DNA of 64,000 nt. Source: an uncultured Acidobacteriota bacterium (GTDB taxonomy: Bacteria > Acidobacteriota > Thermoanaerobaculia > Multivoradales > UBA5704). The DNA is taken from the NCBI GenBank assembly GCA_963700145.1, contig OY969474.1, forward strand, positions 1,440,001-1,504,000, given 5' to 3'. The notes beneath the pieces were generated by a model. That model did no database searches. It saw only the letters and a list, made by a program, of their open reading frames with translations, and was not told the DNA's origin. The number at the start of each line of letters is the position of its first letter. Positions within the stretch are counted from its first letter, which is position 1. Made by a program: the position numbers and the translations under genes. Below, piece by piece: positions 56,455 through 64,000 of this stretch.

Positions 56455-57801
56455 CTAACTCCACCCGATGGCGTGGGCGATGAGGAGGAGCCCCAGGCCG
56501 GCGACCAGCCAGGCGAGCTGAAGGGGCCAGATGAAGCGGGCCCAGCGGGTCCAGGGGATCCCGGCCAAGGCTAGCGCCGCCATGAAGTAGCCCTGGGTCG
56601 GGGTCAGGATGTTCGAGAAGCCGTCGCCGAGCTGGTAGGCGAGGACGCTGGTCTGCCGGGTTACGCCGACCAGGTCGCCGAGGGGCACCAGGATCGGCAA
56701 CGATAGAGCCGCCTGGCCGCTGCCCGACGGGACGACGTAGCTGAGCACGACCTGGACGCCGTACATGCCGGCGAGGGTCGCCGCCGACGGCAGCGCCCGC
56801 ACGGTCTCGACCAGGGCGTGGAGGATGGTGTCGGTGACCTGGGCGCCGTCGAAGATGACCAGGACGCCGCGTGCCAGGCCGACGACGAGGGCGCCGGGGA
56901 CGATGGCCGCCGCTCCCTCGAGGAAACGGTCGGCCGTGCCGTTGGCGCCGAGGCCGCCGGCCAGGCCGGCGGCGATCGCCAGCCCCACGAACAAGCCGGA
57001 GAGCTCGAGCAGGCCCCAGCTCCAGCGCATCGCGCCGACGACGAGGATTGCGATCGTCGCCCCGAGGAGCGCCAGCACTACCCGCTGCCGTAAGCTCGCG
57101 CAGGCCGGCGCCGCGCTCACCTCGTCGCCCGGCCCGGCGGCCTCCGGAACGCGGATCCGCCGCGCGTACCACTCGACGTACACGATCGCCAGCGCCGTGA
57201 GCACCGTCCAGACGATCAGCCGGTAGCCCATCCCCGAGAAGAGCGGCAGGCCGGCGATCGCCTGCCCGACGCCGACGGTGAACGGGTTGATGAACGCACC
57301 CGAGAACCCGGCGCCGGCGCCGACCAGCGCGATCGCCGCGCCGGTCGTCTCGTCGTAGCCCAGCCGGCGCGCCAAAAGGACCAGCGGCGGGATGAAGGGC
57401 AGGGTCTCCTCGGCCAGGCCGATCGTGCCGCCGCCGAGCGCGAAGACGAAGAGCAGCAGCGCCAGCGCCAGCGGGCCGCGGCCGCCGCTCGCCCGCACCA
57501 GCGCCGCGAGCGCCGCCTCGATTGCGCCGGTCGCCTGGAGGACACCGAAGGCGCCGCCAATCAGAAAAATGTAGACGACGATCGGCGCTGTGGCGATGAG
57601 CCCGCGCGGGTAGGCGAGCAGGACCTCGGACCAGCCGGCGGGACGCGACGGGAGCGGATGGTAGGAGCCGGGATCGACGACCTCGCGGCCGTCGCGGACG
57701 ACGCGGTCGTAGGCGCCGGCCGGGATGAAATGCGTGGCGGCGGCGGCGAAGGCGATGAGGACGAACAGCAGGACGAAGGTGTGGGGGAAGCGGGCGCTCA
57801 C
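56455..57801 (-). CDS. YfcC/DcuC-like membrane transporter
   Basis: FPHTFVLLF, IPAGAYDR, NPFTVGVGQ.IAGLP.FSG, PSGSGQA, AYQLGDG. Confidence 0.9.
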   Translation of the reverse strand: MSARFPHTFVLLFVLIAFAAAATHFIPAGAYDRVVRDGREVVDPGSYHPLPSRPAGWSEVLLAYPRGLIATAPIVVYIFLIGGAFGVLQATGAIEAALAALVRASGGRGPLALALLLFVFALGGGTIGLAEETLPFIPPLVLLARRLGYDETTGAAIALVGAGAGFSGAFINPFTVGVGQAIAGLPLFSGMGYRLIVWTVLTALAIVYVEWYARRIRVPEAAGPGDEVSAAPACASLRQRVVLALLGATIAILVVGAMRWSWGLLELSGLFVGLAIAAGLAGGLGANGTADRFLEGAAAIVPGALVVGLARGVLVIFDGAQVTDTILHALVETVRALPSAATLAGMYGVQVVLSYVVPSGSGQAALSLPILVPLGDLVGVTRQTSVLAYQLGDGFSNILTPTQGYFMAALALAGIPWTRWARFIWPLQLAWLVAGLGLLLIAHAIGWS

Positions 57802-57810
57802 CCCCGGCTC

Positions 57811-58494
57811 TCAGGGCTTGGCGGCCGCGAGCTCGACCGCGCCCTTCGGGCACTGCAGCTTGAAGACGAGCCCCGGCGCCGCCGCCTTCTCGACGACGAG
57901 CGGGAGCCCGAGGCGCTCGCCAAGGCGCTTCAAGGGCTCGGGCTCGGCGTCGTGGAGCTTCAGGGCGTCGAGCGTGCAGCCGCCGGGGGAGGTCGTCGAG
58001 GGGTGCGCCGCGCCCGCCTTCCATTCGATGAAGAACGGCAGCGCGGGGTTCGTGCTCTTGAGCGCCACGATCTTCCATTCGAGCACCTGGCCGTCGGGCT
58101 TGACGCGCGAGCCCGGAAACGGCCCGAGGGCCTTGTGGCCGAGCGCCTGGAGCTCCGGGACGATCGCCGCGGCGTCCGCGACGCCGACCGCCCAGGTGAG
58201 CGGCGTCAACTGCTCGAGGCCGGCGAGCTGGGCGAAGCTGGCATCGAGCTTCTCGCCCGGGACCGGCGCGATGATCTCGAGATAGGTCCCGCCCCCGAGC
58301 GACGCCAGCGCATTCTGCGTGCCGCCACTCGGGTGCTTGCCGCCGAAGACGGGCTCGACGCCGGTCAGTGCCCGGAACTGCGCCACGCCGGCGTCCAGGT
58401 TGGCGACTCCGAGCACGAGGTGATCGATCGTCGCGGCGCCGGCAGGCGCGGCGACGAGGGCGGTGGCGACGGCGGCGAGGGCGGCGGCGCGCAT
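57811..58494 (-). CDS. VOC/glyoxalase-like (Glyoxalase_3) protein with signal peptide
   Basis: IDHLVLGV, GGKHP.GGTQNAL, YLEII, PFFIEW. Confidence 0.85.
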   Translation of the reverse strand: MRAAALAAVATALVAAPAGAATIDHLVLGVANLDAGVAQFRALTGVEPVFGGKHPSGGTQNALASLGGGTYLEIIAPVPGEKLDASFAQLAGLEQLTPLTWAVGVADAAAIVPELQALGHKALGPFPGSRVKPDGQVLEWKIVALKSTNPALPFFIEWKAGAAHPSTTSPGGCTLDALKLHDAEPEPLKRLGERLGLPLVVEKAAAPGLVFKLQCPKGAVELAAAKP

Positions 58495-58572
58495 GACTTT
58501 CCTCCTGCCTCCTGAGAAGATGAAGTCGCGTCACGCTACACCACTCAGCCAGCACACTGAAAGGCGGGGCCC

Positions 58573-59310
58573 ATGGAACAGTACGACGCGATCGCCGGCG
58601 ATTATCAGGAGATCGCGGCCGCCGTGCCGATGCGGGAGCCCGAGTGGTACTCGCTCCGCCTCCGGCTCGGCGACCTCGCCGGGCTCTCCGTCCTCGACCT
58701 CGCCTGCGGCGACGGGATGGGCAGCCGCCTCCTCAAGCGCTGGGGAGCCGCCCGAGTGGTGGCCGTCGACATCTCGCCGGAGATGATCCGGCTCGCTCAG
58801 CAGGAAGAAGAGGCGCGACCTTTGGGCATCGAGTACCGCGTCGCGGACGCCGCGGCGCTGGGGAAGATCGGCGAGTTCGACCGCGTCACCGCCTCGTACT
58901 TCTTGCACTACGCCCAGGACCGGGAGCAGCTCCTCCGCATGGTGCGGACCGTCTACGACAACCTCGAGCCGGGCCAGCTCTTCGTCGGGAGCAACGCCAA
59001 TCCGAACCGGCCGCCGCAACCGGTCATCGACCAGCGGCAATACGGCCTCAGGTACCAGCTCGTGGACGAGCCCCTCCGCGAGGGCTCGCGACTCCGCGCC
59101 ACGCTCTTCCTCGGCGAGAAGACGGTGGAGTTCGACTTCTACTGGCTGCCCTGGACGGCCTACGAGGAGGCGTTCCGGACCGTCGGGTTCCGCTCCTGGA
59201 GGCTCGAGCCCTACCTGATCACTCCGGGCTCCGAACGCAAGTACGGCGAGGGCTTCTGGGACGAGTACGTCGCCACGCCGTCGGTCGTCCATCTCATCTG
59301 TCAGAAGTAG
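58573..59310 (+). CDS. Class I SAM-dependent methyltransferase (ToxA-like)
   Basis: SVLDLACGDG, VAVDISPEM, FD.V.A...LHYA. Confidence 0.9.
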   Translation: MEQYDAIAGDYQEIAAAVPMREPEWYSLRLRLGDLAGLSVLDLACGDGMGSRLLKRWGAARVVAVDISPEMIRLAQQEEEARPLGIEYRVADAAALGKIGEFDRVTASYFLHYAQDREQLLRMVRTVYDNLEPGQLFVGSNANPNRPPQPVIDQRQYGLRYQLVDEPLREGSRLRATLFLGEKTVEFDFYWLPWTAYEEAFRTVGFRSWRLEPYLITPGSERKYGEGFWDEYVATPSVVHLICQK

Positions 59311-59454
59311 CGGTCGCCGCCCCTGAAACTGCTGCGCTCCCTGCGCGTGCAGGACGTCCCGCGTCGCGGGCCGCGGTCCCCACTTTGCCGGCCTGACGCA
59401 CCTCAGATTACGGAGGCGACAACGGTGTCGCTACGAACCTCGCGAGGTGCCCCC

Positions 59455-59814
59455 ATGACCATGAAACAGGTCCCGCTCCTCTTTGTCGTTCTGCTAGGCA
59501 TGGTCGCCCTATCAACCGCCGCGGCAGTCGCTTCGGACTGCGATACAACCAGGTGCGGTGCGGGCGTCGACGACGATGGAAAGTGCAAGACGCACGCGGA
59601 CTTCAGCTGCGATGAGGTCTGCAACGACAACGGGTGCGATGGGGGCGACTCCGTGGGTGGAGAGTTCAACTGCGGCGGCGTCGGTCCCTGGAAGATGTGC
59701 CAGTGCAACGACTGTGACCTTCTCATGGAAATGGTTTCCTTCGAGCGTACTTGGGGCTTTTCCTCCCTGGCGTCATCCTGCCCTGGCGATGCCTTGATGA
59801 ACGCTGCTAGGTGA
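59455..59814 (+). CDS. Small secreted cysteine-rich protein
   Basis: SD GAGGTG; signal peptide; 11 Cys in the mature part. Confidence 0.7.
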   Translation: MTMKQVPLLFVVLLGMVALSTAAAVASDCDTTRCGAGVDDDGKCKTHADFSCDEVCNDNGCDGGDSVGGEFNCGGVGPWKMCQCNDCDLLMEMVSFERTWGFSSLASSCPGDALMNAAR

Positions 59815-61036
59815 CGGAGGGATCGCCGCAGAAGGCGAGGGCGCTCAGGGCGTAGATGCGGGCGGCCTCGGCGACCTCGGCCAAGGGCACCGACTCGTCG
59901 GGGCCGTGGGCGAGCGCGAGGTCGCCGGGACCGAGGACGACGGTGGGGATGCCGGCCTCGGCGGCCAGCAGGGCGCCGTCGGTCCAGGCGGGGAAGGCCA
60001 CCGGCCCCTCGCGGCGGCCGCGCACGGCGGCCGCCGCGCCGGCGATCGCGGCGGCGAGCGGATGCTCGGCGGGCGTGAGCAACGGGCCGTGCGCCATGGT
60101 CGCCATCCCGCCGGGCTGGCGCCGGACGTTCCAGCCGAGCCCGGGGAATCCCGCGGCGACACGGCCGCACAGCTCGGCAAGCTCCTCGATCGCCGCGTCC
60201 GCGGTCTCGCCGGGGACGAGCCGCCGGTCGGCGGCGAGGACGCAGCGCGCCGCGACGGTCGACGGCTGGTCGCCGCCCCGGATCGTCCCGACGTTGAGGG
60301 TCGGCGCGCCGAGCAGCGGGTAGGCGCGGGCGGCGAGGCGAGGCGCGAGGTCGCTCTCGATCAGCCCGAGCAGGCGGCCGGCGGCGGCGATCGCGCTCAC
60401 TCCGCGCTGCGGCGTGCCGCCGTGCGCCGCCCGCCCGACCAGCTCGATCTCCAGCCATTCGAGCCCCTTGTGGCCGAGGGCGAGGCGATTCTCCGTGGGC
60501 TCGCCGACGATCGCGCCGTCGGCGCGCGGGCCGCTCCGCACCAGCCGCTCGGCGCCCAGGCTCTCCATCTCCTCGTCGACGACGGCGGCCAGGGTCACCG
60601 ACCCGGCGGCGAGCGCGCCGCTCCCATCGAGCGCCACGATCGCCGCCGCCATCGCCGCCAGCGCCCCCTTCATGTCGACCGCGCCGCGGCCGTAGAGGCG
60701 CCCGTCGCGCACCGCGGCGGAGAAGCCGACGCCGGGATCGCCGGCGTTGAGCGGCACCGTGTCGGTGTGAGCGCAGAGCAGGAGGGACGGGCCGGGACGC
60801 GCCGCGGCGATCGTCGCGACGAGGTTCGGGCGGCCGGGTGCGGCCTCGTCGAGCGTCGCCGCGATGCCGTGGGCGGCCAGGAACGCGGCGAGCCGGCGCA
60901 CCACCGCTTCCTCCTGCCGCGGCACACCGGGGTGGCTCGGCGTCGCCACCAGGTCGGCCAGCAGCTCCCGCCATCCGGAGCGGTCGATCCGCTCGCCCAG
61001 GTCCTGCAAGAGCTCGCGCACGGGCGGCGCGAGCAT
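59807..61036 (-). CDS. M20 metallopeptidase, ArgE/DapE-like
   Basis: AHTDTVP, GRGAVDMKG, DEE, GEPT, AHGPDE. Confidence 0.92.
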   Translation of the reverse strand: MLAPPVRELLQDLGERIDRSGWRELLADLVATPSHPGVPRQEEAVVRRLAAFLAAHGIAATLDEAAPGRPNLVATIAAARPGPSLLLCAHTDTVPLNAGDPGVGFSAAVRDGRLYGRGAVDMKGALAAMAAAIVALDGSGALAAGSVTLAAVVDEEMESLGAERLVRSGPRADGAIVGEPTENRLALGHKGLEWLEIELVGRAAHGGTPQRGVSAIAAAGRLLGLIESDLAPRLAARAYPLLGAPTLNVGTIRGGDQPSTVAARCVLAADRRLVPGETADAAIEELAELCGRVAAGFPGLGWNVRRQPGGMATMAHGPLLTPAEHPLAAAIAGAAAAVRGRREGPVAFPAWTDGALLAAEAGIPTVVLGPGDLALAHGPDESVPLAEVAEAARIYALSALAFCGDPSVT

Positions 61037-61069
61037 AGCCCGCGAAGGCTGTATCCTTGTAGCGCTCCG

Positions 61070-61897
61070 ATGACGCCTAGATTCCTCTGCCTGCTCGCGC
61101 TGGCGCTCGGCGCCGTGCTTCCCGCCGCCGCGCAACCGCCGCCGGCGGAGAAATCCGCCGAACCCGCCCGCGCCGAGGTGCTGGTCCTCGGCACCTACCA
61201 CATGGCCAACCCGGGACGCGACATCTTCAACATGCAGGCCGACGACGTGCTCGCGCCCAAGCGCCAGGCCGAGATCGCAGAGGTCGTCGCGGCCCTCAAG
61301 CGGTTCAACCCCACGAAGGTCGCGGTAGAAGCCGACGTCGGCGACGACCGCATCCCCAAGCGCTACGCCGACTACCTGGCCGGCACCTACGAGCTGACGC
61401 GCAACGAGACCGAGCAGATCGGCTTCCGGCTCGCCAAGGAGCTCGGCCACAAGACCGTGTACCCGGTGGACGTCGAGGGCGACTTCCCGTTCCAGCGCCT
61501 CGCCAACTTCGCCAAGGCGAGCGGCCGCTCGCCGGAGCTCGACGCGATGATGGGCGAGGTCGGCGGCATCGTCGAGGCGCAGGGCGCGTATCTCGCCTCC
61601 CACACCATCCTCGAGACGCTGCTCTACATGAACGCCGACGACAAGGTCGCCGCGGACGTGGGCTTCTACTACCGGCTGGCGCACTTCGGCGAGCCCGGCG
61701 ATTGGGCCGGCGCCGACCTGGTCTCCGAGTGGTTCCGGCGCAACATGCGCATCTACACCAACGTCGTGCAGCTCGCCGACTCTCCGAACGAGCGCCTGCT
61801 GGTCGTCTTCGGAGCGGGGCACCTCGGCTGGCTGCAACAGGACTTCGCCAGCAACCCCAACCTCCGCCTGCGCAAGCTCGCCGAGTTCGCCAGGTAA
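61070..61897 (+). CDS. Secreted DUF5694-like (TraB/Tiki-fold) protein
   Basis: Signal peptide; VLVLGTYHM, VAVE, NETEQIGFRLA, W..RN, VFGAGH. Confidence 0.8.
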   Translation: MTPRFLCLLALALGAVLPAAAQPPPAEKSAEPARAEVLVLGTYHMANPGRDIFNMQADDVLAPKRQAEIAEVVAALKRFNPTKVAVEADVGDDRIPKRYADYLAGTYELTRNETEQIGFRLAKELGHKTVYPVDVEGDFPFQRLANFAKASGRSPELDAMMGEVGGIVEAQGAYLASHTILETLLYMNADDKVAADVGFYYRLAHFGEPGDWAGADLVSEWFRRNMRIYTNVVQLADSPNERLLVVFGAGHLGWLQQDFASNPNLRLRKLAEFAR

Positions 61898-61914
61898 GGC
61901 CGCTTTTCGAGAGG

Positions 61915-62187
61915 GAAGCTTCCCTACCGGAAAGGCAAGCTTCGCTTTTCAAGAGGGAAGCTTCGCCTTTGAAGAGGGAAGCTTCGCCATCCAAAAGGGA
62001 AGCCTCGCTTTTCAAGAGGGAAGCTTCGCCATTCAAAGGAGAAGCTTAGCTTTTCAAAAGGGAGGCTTCCCTACCCGAAGGGGAAGCTTCGCTTTTCAAA
62101 GGTGAAGCTTCCCTTTCCGAAGGCGAAGCTTCGCTTTTCAAAAGGGAAGCTTCCCTTTCGGGGAGGCAAGCCTCCCCTTGCGAGGAA
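61915..62187. repeat. 21-bp-period tandem array 2: 13 units, core GAAGCTTC
   Basis: Cores at 61915, 61936 ... 62167; linker types and orientation match array 1. Confidence 0.97.
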
Positions 62188-62215
62188 TGTCCTCGCCAGG
62201 GGACGAGGACTGTTA

Positions 62216-64000
62216 CTATTCGTAGCGCAGCGCCTGGGTCGGCGCGATCCGGGAGGCTCTGCGCGCGGGCACGTAGGCCGCCAGCATGGTCACGAGCACC
62301 ATCGACGGCACGACGACGAGATACGCCACGACGTCGACCCCGCCGGCGTCGAAGAGCATGGAGTTCATGAGCTTCTCGAGGGCGAAGCCCATCGCCAGGC
62401 CCATCGCGGTTCCCAACCCCACGAGCACGAGGCTCTTGCTCATCACCAGGCGCAGCACGGCGAGCGGTCCCGCTCCGATCGCCATGCGGATGCCGATCTC
62501 GCGCGTCCGGCGGGTGACGTTGTAGGACACCAGCCCGTACAGGCCGGCGATCGCCAGCAGGAGGCCCACGGCGCCCATCGTGCTGACCAGCCGGACCGCG
62601 ACCGCCGGGCCTTCCACGGCGTGGTACCGGTACAGGTTCTCGTAGCTCCTCGCCTCGATCAGCGGCATGTTCGGATCGAGCGCGCGGACGATCTCCTTCA
62701 CCGGCTCGACCCAGCGCAGCGGATCGCCGCTCGTGCGCACCAGCAGGACCATGCGCGCCTTCGGGTCCTGCGCCAGCGGCAGGTAGACGTTGTCCGTCGG
62801 CTTCTCGCTGGTATCGCGGTACTTGATGGTCTGCGCGACGCCGACGATCTCGATCGGCGTGCCGTCGCGGCGGCCGAGCCGGAGGCGCTTGCCCACCGCC
62901 TCGGTGCCCGGCCAATAGCGCTTCGCGAAGTGCTCGTTGACGATCGCAACACGCGGCGAGTCCGCGGTGTCCGAAGCCAGGAAGCCGCGGCCGCTCAGGA
63001 TCCGCACCCCCAAGGTCTCGAAGTATCCCTCGTCGACGATGTCCATCATCGAGGTGAAGCTGTCGTGATCGGGCGGCATCTGGAAGCCCTCGGGCACGAA
63101 GGAGAGGGCGGCGAAGGCGCCCAGCCCGAGCGGCGGGTTCTGCGCCAGGGCCGCGGCGCGGACCCCGGGCGCCTGCCGGACGCGGTCGGACAGCAGCTCG
63201 TAGAACCGCTCCGTCCGCGCCGCGTCGTACTGCACCAGGCGCGGATCGAACCTCGCCAGCAGCAGGTGGTCGTGCGCGAACCCGACCCCCTCGCCGAGGC
63301 CCTGCCGGAAACCCCTCGCCATCAGGAACGAGGCCGTCAACAGCGTCAGGGACAGGGCGACCTGCGCCACCACCAGGACGTTGCGGGCCCAGAGGCGTTG
63401 GCTCCCGGGCACCTCGACGTCGGCCGTCTTGAGCCCGTTCGCGAGGTCCGGGCGCGTCGACTGCAGCGCCGGCGCCAGCCCGCAGACGAACGCGCTCACG
63501 ACGGACAGCGCGACGCTCAGCAGCAGCACGCGCGTGTCCATCCGGAAGGGGACCGTCACCGGCAGCTCGGCCGGGATGCTGAAGTCCTGCAGCAGCCCGA
63601 TGACGCCGTAGCCGAGGGCGATCCCGCCCAGGCCGCCCAGGAAGGACAGGATCAGGCTTTCGGTCAGGAGCAGCCGGACCACCCGGGAGCGCCCGGCGCC
63701 CAGCGCCAGCCGCACGGCGATCTCGCGGGTGCGCGTGGCGGCCCGGCTCAACAGCAGCCCCGCCACGTTGGTGCACGCCACCAGCAGCACCGTCAGCGCG
63801 AGGACGGTGAAGATCACGCCGAACCGCCAGTTGATGTCGTCGCCCCGCGTCCGCATCTCGAACTGGGTGCGCACCTCGGCGCCGCGGCCGTGGTTGAGCG
63901 CCGGGTGCTCGCGCTCGAAATTGCGCGCGACGACGGCAAGCTCGGCCCGCGCCTCCTCGAGGCTCGCGCCCTCCTGCAGGCGCGCCTTGACGCTCAGCTC
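62216..64000 (-). CDS. ADOP/MacB-like duplicated ABC permease (5' part outside the window)
   Basis: LLVACTNVAGLLL, REIAVRLALGA, EIGIRMAIGA, ALRYE. Confidence 0.93.
   Translation of the reverse strand, partial: ELSVKARLQEGASLEEARAELAVVARNFEREHPALNHGRGAEVRTQFEMRTRGDDINWRFGVIFTVLALTVLLVACTNVAGLLLSRAATRTREIAVRLALGAGRSRVVRLLLTESLILSFLGGLGGIALGYGVIGLLQDFSIPAELPVTVPFRMDTRVLLLSVALSVVSAFVCGLAPALQSTRPDLANGLKTADVEVPGSQRLWARNVLVVAQVALSLTLLTASFLMARGFRQGLGEGVGFAHDHLLLARFDPRLVQYDAARTERFYELLSDRVRQAPGVRAAALAQNPPLGLGAFAALSFVPEGFQMPPDHDSFTSMMDIVDEGYFETLGVRILSGRGFLASDTADSPRVAIVNEHFAKRYWPGTEAVGKRLRLGRRDGTPIEIVGVAQTIKYRDTSEKPTDNVYLPLAQDPKARMVLLVRTSGDPLRWVEPVKEIVRALDPNMPLIEARSYENLYRYHAVEGPAVAVRLVSTMGAVGLLLAIAGLYGLVSYNVTRRTREIGIRMAIGAGPLAVLRLVMSKSLVLVGLGTAMGLAMGFALEKLMNSMLFDAGGVDVVAYLVVVPSMVLVTMLAAYVPARRASRIAPTQALRYE

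Noticed and set aside
58573-59310. Toxoflavin or other biosynthetic cluster around the ToxA-like methyltransferase
   Set aside because: No GTP cyclohydrolase, deaminase or other pathway genes adjacent.

Overview
High-GC bacterial chromosomal window. ADOP permeases, an Oar-like TonB receptor, sulfatase-TPR pairs and a TPR-like family suggest Acidobacteriota, probably Thermoanaerobaculia (inference). Recognisable content: recA, ATP-dependent DNA ligase, vapBC, two MoxR ATPases (one inside an RDD/SpoIIM/DUF58/DUF4350/DUF4129/B-box cluster), a DRHyd-TPR-SLOG conflict-type protein right after recA, an aminotransferase-ALDH-CoA-transferase operon, and an intact IS5-family element with CTAG target duplication. 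No rRNA, tRNA or CRISPR array was seen. Most unusual features: (1) three arrays of about 13 units with an exact 21-bp period around the palindrome GAAGCTTC (two intergenic, one in frame inside a CDS), plus a fourth 21-bp array with a different core; (2) a lower-GC island (about 50.85-55.15 kb) with integron attC-like sites but no integrase, containing a synonymously diverged relic of the neighbouring yfcC gene; (3) REP-like elements that supply stop and start codons inside operons. All calls are by eye from motifs; no database search was run.
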